DNA of 14,941 nucleotides from a virus (taxonomy: Duplodnaviria > Heunggongvirae > Uroviricota > Caudoviricetes), in the IMG/VR virus record IMGVR_UViG_2545824709_000009; one strand, written 5' to 3'. Shown here in pieces: positions 7,546-14,679 of this stretch (position 1 is the first letter of the stretch; every line of letters starts with the position of its first letter). Both the position numbers and the translations under genes were made by a program. The notes beneath the pieces were generated by a model that did not search any database, was not told where the DNA came from, and saw only the letters and a program-made list of their open reading frames with translations.

Positions 7546-8235
7546 CTACCCATGCTTCCTATATGTCTGCGGCATGCTCCCAATAACCTTACCGAAGATG
7601 AACACCCGGTTCATCTCGTCTTTCTCGATCGGGTCCCACGGTGAGTAGCTTTTGTTATCAGAGATGACCAGCAGCTTATTCTTCATCATTTGCAGGCGCT
7701 TTACATGGGCTGTGTCGTCGTACAGAAACGCATAGATACCATCACCGTCGAAAGATTTAACTGTGATATCAACGAACAGCAGATCACCTGGTTCGATCGT
7801 TCCTGACATGCTGTCACCACGCACGTTAATGATGCGGATATTTTCCGCCTTCCTACCATCGAACATGTGACGAGCATCGTCAAACGAGTACTCAACCGAG
7901 CGTAGAACTTCTACAAACTCACGGTTGATGACTCCCGGCCCAGCACTGACTTCTATATCAAGAACGTCAATCTTGAAGTATTTGGAATGGCTGACAGTTG
8001 ATTGTATTGGTTGCACTGTACTGTCTGACATATTTCCAACGCCAGAAGATAACCATTCTGCGCGCACACCCAAAGCGTTCGCGATCTCCACGATTTTAGT
8101 TGTTTGATTAGCTTTCCCTGTTTCGATTTTCTGAATAGCAGCCTGGCTAACCCCGACCAAATCCCCAAGCGCCTTTTGTGTAAGGCCTCGCGCTAATCTG
8201 GCTTCTTTAAGTCTTTCTGAGAGTGTTGTTTTCAT
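7546..8235 (-). CDS. cI: Prophage repressor CI (N-terminal HTH, C-terminal S24 LexA-like autopeptidase domain)
   Basis: ORF with start chosen at MKTTLSERLKEARLARGLTQKALGDLVGVSQAAIQKIETGK (HTH, XRE-type); C-terminal domain carries the GDSM serine motif and a downstream Lys (AHVKRL). The track's upstream extension (to 8301) runs through the operator region and is unlikely. Divergent from cro across an operator region. Confidence 0.9.
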   Translation of the reverse strand: MKTTLSERLKEARLARGLTQKALGDLVGVSQAAIQKIETGKANQTTKIVEIANALGVRAEWLSSGVGNMSDSTVQPIQSTVSHSKYFKIDVLDIEVSAGPGVINREFVEVLRSVEYSFDDARHMFDGRKAENIRIINVRGDSMSGTIEPGDLLFVDITVKSFDGDGIYAFLYDDTAHVKRLQMMKNKLLVISDNKSYSPWDPIEKDEMNRVFIFGKVIGSMPQTYRKHG

Positions 8236-8339
8236 AGTCCAAATGTACAACCAAGGTTTTATTCCATCAAACGAAAATGGTTGTTGACTAAAAACAACCA
8301 TAGTTTTAATCTTGATTCAAATTAACCACGGAGGTTGTT
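8236..8339. promoter_or_regulatory. OR operator region with divergent pRM/pR promoters
   Basis: 25-bp palindrome ATGGTTGTTgactaaaAACAACCAT (8277-8301) containing -35 TTGACT (8284-8289), with a TTTTAAT-like -10 about 16 bp downstream. Extra half-sites ACAACC (about 8243) and GGTTGTT (8333-8339). Lies between divergent cI and cro. Confidence 0.6.
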
Positions 8340-8570
8340 ATGAACCCAGCTATCAAAACAGCGATCAATATCGTTGGTTCACAAAAGAAACTGGGCGCTG
8401 CTTGCGAAGTTTCACAGCAGGCCGTCTATAAGTGGCTTCACAACAAAGCAAAGGTATCCCCTGAACATGTCGGCAGCATTGTTACGGCTACTGGTGGAGT
8501 AGTGAAGGCATACCAGATTCGCCCGGATCTTCCGAAGTTGTTTCCACACACCGAAAAGAACGCAGCTTAA
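8340..8570 (+). CDS. cro: Cro-like HTH regulator
   Basis: 76-aa ORF directly right of OR and divergent from cI; small HTH-like protein (…QKKLGAACEVSQQAVYKWLHNK…). Confidence 0.8.
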   Translation: MNPAIKTAINIVGSQKKLGAACEVSQQAVYKWLHNKAKVSPEHVGSIVTATGGVVKAYQIRPDLPKLFPHTEKNAA

Positions 8571-8582
8571 ATTTCCATTTCA

Positions 8583-8595
8583 CGCTCTTTAACAA
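8583..8595 (+). promoter_or_regulatory. boxA-like element (nutR-type) in the pR transcript
   Basis: CGCTCTTTAACAA, a 12/13 match to the boxA consensus as I recall it (TGCTCTTTAACAA), 13 nt after the cro stop. No convincing boxB hairpin follows. Confidence 0.45.
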
Positions 8596-8639
8596 TAAGC
8601 AATCAACTTAACAGTCAATTCAAACTAAAGGAGTCAATT

Positions 8640-9179
8640 ATGCAACCACTTACATACCAACAGACTAGCGGATTTAGCCCGACTGCGGTGATAAATCGTT
8701 CTCAAACAAAACAGGTGCCAGGCCACGAAAAAATCCGTGATGCCGTCCGCGCCTGGTCGGCTGTAGATAATCAGGATGTCGTTGCCACACTCATTGTGAA
8801 TGAGTATCGGGAGCAGGGCGGCGGCACCATCGATTTCCCTGATGATGTCAGCCGTGCACGCCAGAAGCTGTTCCGCTTCCTCGATAACAAATTCGATTCT
8901 GAAAAATACCGAAATAATGTGCGTGAACTGACCCCGGCAATTCTGGCGGTACTACCGCTGGAATATCGCGGTTACCTGGTTGAGCAGGATAGCTTCATGG
9001 CTAGGTTGGCTGAAATGGAAAAGGAACTCAGTGAGGCAAAACAGGCTGTCATTCTCAACGCACCACGCCACCAGAAACTGAAGGAAATTAGTGAAGGTAT
9101 TGTGTCGATGTTTCGTGTGGACCCAGATCTGGCTGGTCCATTGATGGCGATGGTTACTACCATGCTGGGGGCGATATGA
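8640..9179 (+). CDS. CII-position regulatory protein, probably YdaT family (the CII analogue of Rac-type immunity regions)
   Basis: 179-aa ORF with a good RBS (aaggag) between cro and O. Motifs NEYREQGGGTIDFPDD and LTPAILAVLPLEYRGYL resemble my recollection of YdaT-like proteins. Not similar to lambda CII. Confidence 0.6.
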   Translation: MQPLTYQQTSGFSPTAVINRSQTKQVPGHEKIRDAVRAWSAVDNQDVVATLIVNEYREQGGGTIDFPDDVSRARQKLFRFLDNKFDSEKYRNNVRELTPAILAVLPLEYRGYLVEQDSFMARLAEMEKELSEAKQAVILNAPRHQKLKEISEGIVSMFRVDPDLAGPLMAMVTTMLGAI

Positions 9180-9265
9180 CAGGTTCAGAAATGGCGAAAG
9201 CCGGTCTGCTGGAACAGAACCGACTTTCAGGTGCAAATCGTAACACACTCATTGCGGGAGGAATT

Positions 9266-10195
9266 ATGGCAAACACTGCTGAGATATTCAATTTTCCAGT
9301 GCCGGATGCGGCACAAAAGGAGCCGCGCGTGGCAGATCTCGATGATGGTTATACGCGCATTGCAAATGAGTTGCTGGAAGCTGTGATGCTGGCCGGATTA
9401 ACACAGCACCAGCTTCTGGTCTTCCTGGCTGTCATGCGCAAAACATATGGCTTTAATAAAAAACTGGATTGGGTGAGCAACGAGCAACTTTCCGAGTTGA
9501 CCGGGATATTGCCGCACAAGTGTTCTGCTGCAAAAAGTGTTCTGGTAAAGCGTGGGATTTTTATTCAGAGTGGGCGGAATATCGGCATTAATAATGTGGT
9601 CAGTGAATGGTCAACATTACCCGAATCAGGTAAGAAAAATAAAGTTTACCTGAAAGAGGTAAATTTACCTGAATCAGGTAAGAAAAGTTTACCCAAATCA
9701 GGTAAAGGCGTTTACCCGAATCAGGTAAACACAAAAGACAAACTAACAAAAGACAATATAAAACCTTTTTCGTCCGAGAATTCTGGCGAATCCTCTGACC
9801 AGCCAGAAAACGACTTTCCTTTGGAGAAACTGGATGCTGCAATTCAGAGCGGCAGCAAGTGGGGGACAGCAGAAGACCTGACCGCCGCAGAGTGGATGTT
9901 TAACATGGTGAAGACCATCGCGCCCTCAGCCAGAAAACCGAATTTTGCAGGGTGGGCTAACGATATCCGCCTGATGCGTGAACGTGACGGACGTAACCAC
10001 CGCGACATGTGCGTGCTGTTCCGCTGGGCATGCCAGGACAACTTCTGGTCCGGTAACGTGCTGAGTCCGGCCAAACTCCGCGACAAGTGGACCCAACTCG
10101 AAATCAACCGTAACAAGCAACAGGCTGGCGTGACAACCGGAAAATCAAAACTCGACCTGACAAACACTGACTGGATTTACGGGGTGGATTTATGA
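9266..10195 (+). CDS. O: Replication initiator O (lambda O type, with divergent N-terminal iteron-binding domain)
   Basis: Start chosen at the ATG after GGAGG (MANTAEIFNFPVPD...), aligning with the lambda O N-terminus; the track's longer ORF starts at 9176. The C-terminal half (from ...SSENSGESSDQPENDFPLEKLDAAIQSG...) is recognised as near-identical to lambda O. Contains the iterons. Confidence 0.9.
   Translation: MANTAEIFNFPVPDAAQKEPRVADLDDGYTRIANELLEAVMLAGLTQHQLLVFLAVMRKTYGFNKKLDWVSNEQLSELTGILPHKCSAAKSVLVKRGIFIQSGRNIGINNVVSEWSTLPESGKKNKVYLKEVNLPESGKKSLPKSGKGVYPNQVNTKDKLTKDNIKPFSSENSGESSDQPENDFPLEKLDAAIQSGSKWGTAEDLTAAEWMFNMVKTIAPSARKPNFAGWANDIRLMRERDGRNHRDMCVLFRWACQDNFWSGNVLSPAKLRDKWTQLEINRNKQQAGVTTGKSKLDLTNTDWIYGVDL
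9617..9770. repeat. ori: Replication origin: five ~19-bp palindromic iterons plus AT-rich region inside O
   Basis: TTACCCGAATCAGGTAA (9617), TTACCTGAAAGAGGTAA (9646, variant), TTACCTGAATCAGGTAA (9665), TTACCCAAATCAGGTAA (9689), TTACCCGAATCAGGTAA (9713), followed by acaaaagacaaactaacaaaagacaatataaaacc. Same architecture as lambda ori but different iteron sequence. Confidence 0.8.
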
Positions 10196-10893
10196 AAAAC
10201 ATCGCCGCACAGATGGTTAACTTTGACCGTGAGCAGATGCGCCGGATCGCCAACAACATGCCGGAACAGTACGACGAAAAGCCGCAGGTACAGCAGGTAG
10301 CGCAGATCATCAACGGTGTGTTCAGCCAGTTACTGGCAACTTTCCCGGCGAGCCTGGCTAACCGTGACCAGAATGAACTGAACGAAATCCGCCGCCAGTG
10401 GGTTCTGGCTTTCTGGGAAAACGGGATCACCACAATGGAACAGGTTAACGCTGGAATGCGCGTAGCCCGTCGGCAGAATCGACCATTCCTGCCATCACCC
10501 GGGCAGTTTGTCGCCTGGTGCCGGGAAGAAGCATCCGTTACCGCCGGGCTGCCAAACGCCAGCGAGCTGGTTGATATGGTTTACGAGTATTGCCGGAAGC
10601 GCGGGCTGTATCCGGATGCAGAGTCTTATCCGTGGAAATCAAACGCGCACTACTGGCTGGTTACCAACCTGTATCAGAACATGCGGGCCAATGCGTTGAC
10701 TGACGCGGAATTACGGCGCAAGGCTGCCGATGAACTGTCCTGTATGACCGCACGAATTAACCGTGGTGAGGCTATACCTGAACCAGTAAAACAACTTCCT
10801 GTCATGGGCGGTAGACCTCTAAATCGTGCACAGGCTCTGGCGAAGATCGCAGAAATCAAAGCTAAGTTTGGGCTGAAAGGAGCAAGGGTATGA
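10192..10893 (+). CDS. P: Replication protein P (DnaB helicase loader)
   Basis: 233-aa ORF MKNIAAQMVNFDREQMRRIANNMPEQYDEKPQVQQVAQIINGVF..., recognised as near-identical to lambda P; start overlaps the O stop. Confidence 0.97.
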   Translation: MKNIAAQMVNFDREQMRRIANNMPEQYDEKPQVQQVAQIINGVFSQLLATFPASLANRDQNELNEIRRQWVLAFWENGITTMEQVNAGMRVARRQNRPFLPSPGQFVAWCREEASVTAGLPNASELVDMVYEYCRKRGLYPDAESYPWKSNAHYWLVTNLYQNMRANALTDAELRRKAADELSCMTARINRGEAIPEPVKQLPVMGGRPLNRAQALAKIAEIKAKFGLKGARV

Positions 10894-11192
10894 CGGGCAA
10901 AGAGGCAATTATTCATTACCTGGGGACTCATAAGAAATTCTGTGCGCAGGACGTTGCCGCGGTAACAGGCGCAACGGTAACCAGCATAAATCAGGCTGCG
11001 GCTAAAATGGCGCGGGCAGGAATCCTGGTCGTTGATGGTAAGGTCTGGCGAACGGTGTATTATCGGTTCGCTACCAGAGAAGAATGGGAAGGAAAGGTGA
11101 GCACGAATTTGATTTTTAAGGAGTGTCGCCAGAGTGCCGCGATGAAACGGGTATTGAGGGTATATAAAAGAACATCAATGGGTACACAATGA
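10890..11192 (+). CDS. ren: Ren (Rex exclusion-relief protein homologue)
   Basis: 100-aa ORF MTGKEAIIHYLGTHKKFCAQDVAAVTGATVTSINQAAAKMARAG..., recognised as lambda/DLP12 Ren-like; overlaps the P stop. Confidence 0.9.
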   Translation: MTGKEAIIHYLGTHKKFCAQDVAAVTGATVTSINQAAAKMARAGILVVDGKVWRTVYYRFATREEWEGKVSTNLIFKECRQSAAMKRVLRVYKRTSMGTQ

Positions 11193-11259
11193 TGAAACAG
11201 GTGAGTTGAGTTCAAACTGTAGTACAATTCTCTCCAGTTTGAACAGGAAAGAATATGCT

Positions 11260-11592
11260 ATGAATCCTTATATTTATCTTGGTGGTGCAATACTTGCAGA
11301 GGTCATTGGTACAACCTTAATGAAGTTTTCAGAAGGTTTTACACGGTTATGGCCATCTGTTGGTACAATTATTTGTTATTGTGCATCATTCTGGTTATTA
11401 GCTCAGACGCTGGCTTATATTCCTACAGGGATTGCTTATGCTATCTGGTCAGGAGTCGGTATTGTCCTGATTAGCTTACTATCATGGGGATTTTTCGGCC
11501 AACGGTTGGACCTGCCAGCCATTATAGGCATGATGTTGATTTGTGCCGGTGTGTTGGTTATTAATTTATTGTCACGAAGCACACCACATTAA
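11260..11592 (+). CDS. emrE: SMR-family multidrug/quaternary-ammonium efflux transporter EmrE
   Basis: 110-aa protein from MNPYIYLGGAILAEVIGTTLMKFSEGFTRLWPSVGTIICYCASFWLLAQTL... with an AGGAAA RBS, recognised as EmrE. The track's upstream extension (from 11206) lacks support. Confidence 0.95.
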   Translation: MNPYIYLGGAILAEVIGTTLMKFSEGFTRLWPSVGTIICYCASFWLLAQTLAYIPTGIAYAIWSGVGIVLISLLSWGFFGQRLDLPAIIGMMLICAGVLVINLLSRSTPH

Positions 11593-11624
11593 AAATAATT
11601 TGTTTTTAAACGACTAAAATATGG

Positions 11625-11660
11625 AGGCTCGTATATTTATATGGGCCTCGTTTTATGCTT
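11625..11660 (+). terminator. Putative intrinsic terminator after emrE
   Basis: GAGGCTC ... GGGCCTC stem (one G-U pair, large loop) followed by GTTTTATGCTTTTT. Confidence 0.35.
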
Positions 11661-11847
11661 TTTGTTAATGTCTTTAGTTTTTATTCATTCTTTTGTGCTT
11701 TCAAGATTATGGTGTAAGAAAATTGCAATACGATTATTGTTGTATATTCAAGATAATGTGACCTTAATTGTCTTTTTAAATAAAAATTAAACAAAAATCA
11801 TATCTCACCACTAAGGTTTATAAAAGCATACTTTAGCAGGTGTCACC

Positions 11848-13374
11848 ATGAAAAAAGCCATAGCATATATGCGATTTTCATCACCAGGTCAGATGTCTGG
11901 TGATTCATTAAACCGCCAGAGAAGGCTTATTACTGAATGGCTAAAGGTAAATAGTGATTATTACCTTGATACCGTAACGTATGAAGATTTGGGGTTAAGC
12001 GCATTCAATGGAAAGCATGCACAATCAGGAGCTTTTTCGGAATTTTTAGATGCTATAGAACATGGTTATATATTGCCAGGGACTACATTGTTAGTTGAAA
12101 GTCTGGACAGACTTTCAAGAGAAAAAGTCGGTGAAGCGATTGAGCGTCTGAAATTGATTTTGAATCACGGTATTGATGTTATAACTCTTTGCGATAATAC
12201 AGTCTATAATATTGACTCATTGAATGAGCCATATTCATTAATAAAAGCCATACTTATAGCACAAAGGGCAAATGAAGAAAGCGAGATAAAGTCAAGTCGG
12301 GTTAAATTATCATGGAAGAAAAAACGGCAGGATGCACTGGAGTCAGGCACGATTATGACGGCGTCTTGTCCGAGATGGCTCTCATTGGATGACAAAAGAA
12401 CGGCTTTTGTTCCAGACCCCGACAGGGTGAAAACTATTGAGCTAATTTTTAAACTCAGGATGGAAAGGCGCTCATTGAATGCAATAGCCAAGTATTTAAA
12501 TGATCATGCTGTAAAGAATTTCTCAGGAAAAGAAAGTGCATGGGGACCTTCTGTAATTGAAAAATTATTAGCGAATAAAGCTCTGATAGGTATATGCGTA
12601 CCTTCATATCGTGCAAGAGGTAAAGGAATAAGTGAAATCGCTGGCTATTATCCCAGAGTCATATCAGATGATTTGTTTTACGCTGTGCAGGAAATTCGGT
12701 TGGCACCTTTTGGTATTAGCAATAGTAGCAAAAATCCTATGTTGATAAATCTACTTCGAACAGTTATGAAGTGCGAGGCTTGTGGTAATACCATGATTGT
12801 TCATGCGGTATCTGGAAGTTTGCATGGCTATTATGTTTGTCCGATGAGAAGACTGCATCGATGTGACAGGCCATCAATAAAGAGAGATTTGGTTGATTAT
12901 AATATCATTAATGAGTTGCTTTTTAATTGTAGTAAAATCCAACCAGTTGAAAACAAGAAAGATGCTAATGAAACTTTAGAGTTGAAAATTATTGAGCTCC
13001 AGATGAAAATTAATAATTTAATTGCTGCATTATCTGTTGCGCCTGAAGTTACCGCTATAGCAGAAAAAATCAGAGTATTAGATAAGGAATTACGAAGGGC
13101 TTCTGTATCATTAAAAACTTTGAAGAGTAAAGCGGTGAGTTCACTTGGTGATTTTCATGCTATTGACTTAACCAGTAAAAATGGGCGAGAGCTATGTCGT
13201 ACACTTGCCTATAAAACATTCGAAAAAATCATAATCAATACAGATAATAAAACCTGTGATATCTATTTTATGAATGGCATTGTTTTTAAACACTATCCTT
13301 TAATGAAAACAATATCTGCCCAGCAGGCGATAAGTACTCTCAAATATATGGTTGATGGTGAGGTTTATTTTTGA
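11848..13374 (+). CDS. ybcK: Large serine recombinase (YbcK-like; resolvase catalytic domain, recombinase domain, zinc ribbon, coiled coil)
   Basis: 508-aa ORF. N-terminal AYMRFSSPGQ motif (catalytic Ser), Cys cluster CEACGN...YYVCPM...C, and a C-terminal predicted coiled coil (LELKIIELQMKINNLIAALS). Very AT-rich. Length and gene order ren-emrE-ybcK match the DLP12 arrangement from memory. Confidence 0.85.
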   Translation: MKKAIAYMRFSSPGQMSGDSLNRQRRLITEWLKVNSDYYLDTVTYEDLGLSAFNGKHAQSGAFSEFLDAIEHGYILPGTTLLVESLDRLSREKVGEAIERLKLILNHGIDVITLCDNTVYNIDSLNEPYSLIKAILIAQRANEESEIKSSRVKLSWKKKRQDALESGTIMTASCPRWLSLDDKRTAFVPDPDRVKTIELIFKLRMERRSLNAIAKYLNDHAVKNFSGKESAWGPSVIEKLLANKALIGICVPSYRARGKGISEIAGYYPRVISDDLFYAVQEIRLAPFGISNSSKNPMLINLLRTVMKCEACGNTMIVHAVSGSLHGYYVCPMRRLHRCDRPSIKRDLVDYNIINELLFNCSKIQPVENKKDANETLELKIIELQMKINNLIAALSVAPEVTAIAEKIRVLDKELRRASVSLKTLKSKAVSSLGDFHAIDLTSKNGRELCRTLAYKTFEKIIINTDNKTCDIYFMNGIVFKHYPLMKTISAQQAISTLKYMVDGEVYF

Positions 13375-13485
13375 GTAATAATCACTTTTTCAACCGTGCT
13401 ATAGTAAGAAAGTTAGGTAAGTACAATAAAATTATCTATCCTGAACGAAGCGTCCTGAGCTATGGTTTTACTATAGGGACTGCCA

Positions 13486-13809
13486 ATGGATGCTGGCGTT
13501 CTCGTTCTAGCAGTTCAACAATCCCCAATCACAAAACAATTCACTGATAACGAACTTTGCACACTCGCCTGGTTATGGCGAGCAGGGAATGTGATGTTAA
13601 TTACCTACCAGAACGTTACTCCTCTTCTTCAGGTTGCGGAGCATCGTGAAGCTGGTCGCTTCACTTCTATCGAGCAAGAATATCCCCAGATACTCAACAG
13701 AGCGCGAGCAATCCTCGTCCGAGAAACGGCACATGTAAAACTTCAGCCGTGGCAGGATGATAAGTGGAGTCGAGTATTGCCGCATTTACCTCAGAATCTG
13801 TTTCAATAA
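13486..13809 (+). CDS. Hypothetical protein (107 aa), unknown function
   Basis: ORF with mid-range GC and a weak RBS; no recognisable motifs. Could be a gene fragment. Confidence 0.35.
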   Translation: MDAGVLVLAVQQSPITKQFTDNELCTLAWLWRAGNVMLITYQNVTPLLQVAEHREAGRFTSIEQEYPQILNRARAILVRETAHVKLQPWQDDKWSRVLPHLPQNLFQ

Positions 13810-13827
13810 AGGCGCTAGTTAGTAAGG

Positions 13828-13853
13828 CTTCCGTCATTCTGCGATGACGGAAG
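13828..13853. other. Strong hairpin (10-bp perfect stem, 6-nt loop) without a U-tract
   Basis: CTTCCGTCAT-tctgcg-ATGACGGAAG, between the 107-aa ORF and the HNH-like gene. Confidence 0.4.
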
Positions 13854-13983
13854 TGCGGGCTGCGTACGGGAGAGCAATTGCATGAATAATATAAATATTC
13901 CGCTCACTCCATATAGCGATTTCTGATACAAACTTATCTATTGTGGTAAAATTATAGAAACAAACTTATAGCGTACTAACCAT

Positions 13984-14679
13984 ATGGACAATATTAATAA
14001 ACACGGGCTCTCAAGAAGAATACCTGAGACAATAAAACGTCAGATAAGGCAAAGGTGCGGCTTTGGCTGTGTAATTTGTGGATTTGGATTTTATGATTAT
14101 GAGCATTTTAAACCTGACTTCGTTGATGCCAAAGTACATGATCCGAATGGAATGACACTTCTTTGCTCCCAATGCAATCAAAAAAGAGCTCGTGGTAGAC
14201 TTTCAGCACAGACAGTGGAAATAGCTGACAGAAATCCCAAGTGCTTACAGGCTGGTTTTGCAAATGAAATGTTTGATTTTCATAATGAGCCTATAACAGT
14301 AAAATTTGCAGGAGTGACGTTTCATAACTGTCAAAATTTGATTGTAGTCAACGAACAACCCATTCTTTCTGTGAAACCTTCACCCATACCACATGGACCG
14401 ATGCTTTTATCAGGAATTTTCTGTAATTCTATTGGTAAGGAGACTTTACTGATAGATGAAAATGAATGGAAAGCTAAATCAGACAATTGGGATGTGGAGT
14501 GTACCGGCCCGCGTATAACAATACGACGTGGGCCAGGAGAGTTTGCCCTCGTTCTAAAAATGGAACCTCCAACAGGATTGATTGTTGAGCGTCTTGATAT
14601 GTTGTATGAAGGGGTCAGGATGAAAGGAGATAAAGATCTGCTGGAAGTTTTGAACCGCCCCGGGAATCCTGGAGACTAA
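13984..14679 (+). CDS. HNH-motif nuclease-like protein, 3' end probably truncated by IS insertion (last ~9 codons and stop come from IS sequence)
   Basis: N-terminal CVIC-x8-H-x13-N-x5-CSQC arrangement (residues ~29-64), typical of a zinc-bound HNH/HNN nuclease finger, plus an unrecognised ~150-aa C-terminal region. AT-rich. The ORF reads into the IS left inverted repeat that starts at 14651. Confidence 0.55.
   Translation: MDNINKHGLSRRIPETIKRQIRQRCGFGCVICGFGFYDYEHFKPDFVDAKVHDPNGMTLLCSQCNQKRARGRLSAQTVEIADRNPKCLQAGFANEMFDFHNEPITVKFAGVTFHNCQNLIVVNEQPILSVKPSPIPHGPMLLSGIFCNSIGKETLLIDENEWKAKSDNWDVECTGPRITIRRGPGEFALVLKMEPPTGLIVERLDMLYEGVRMKGDKDLLEVLNRPGNPGD

Noticed and set aside
7701-8168. ORFs 7701-7895 (-), 7925-8107 (+) and 7953-8168 (-) inside cI
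   Set aside because: Alternative frames or antisense within the repressor gene.
7546-8301. N-terminal 22-codon extension of cI (track start at 8301)
   Set aside because: The extension runs through the OR palindrome and pR -35; the internal ATG at 8235 gives a canonical HTH N-terminus.
8952-9248. Minus-strand ORFs 8952-9248 and 8972-9163 opposite the CII-position gene
   Set aside because: Antisense to a well-initiated gene; no promoter or RBS evidence.
9176-9265. 30-codon N-terminal extension of O (track start at 9176)
   Set aside because: An internal ATG at 9266 is preceded by GGAGG and aligns with the lambda O N-terminus; the extension would overlap the upstream gene's end.
9617-9730. Possibility that the 17-19-bp repeats are a CRISPR array
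   Set aside because: Only five units, each internally palindromic, with about 5-bp variable gaps instead of 30-bp spacers, inside a coding gene at the expected lambdoid ori position.
9600-10433. Minus-strand ORFs 9600-9842, 9844-10167, 9926-10120 and 10104-10433 in O/P
   Set aside because: Antisense to O and P, which are near-identical to lambda in this stretch.
10508-10931. ORFs 10508-10699 (+) and 10674-10931 (-) within P
   Set aside because: Alternative frame or antisense within P.
11206-11259. 18-codon N-terminal extension of emrE
   Set aside because: EmrE-type SMR proteins are about 110 aa; the ATG at 11260 has the RBS.
12204-12491. Minus-strand 95-aa ORF inside ybcK
   Set aside because: Antisense within the recombinase gene; the AT-rich sequence gives long spurious frames.
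13597-13785. Minus-strand 62-aa ORF opposite the 107-aa ORF
   Set aside because: No RBS; it overlaps the longer plus-strand ORF. Neither is strongly supported, and I kept only the longer one at low confidence.
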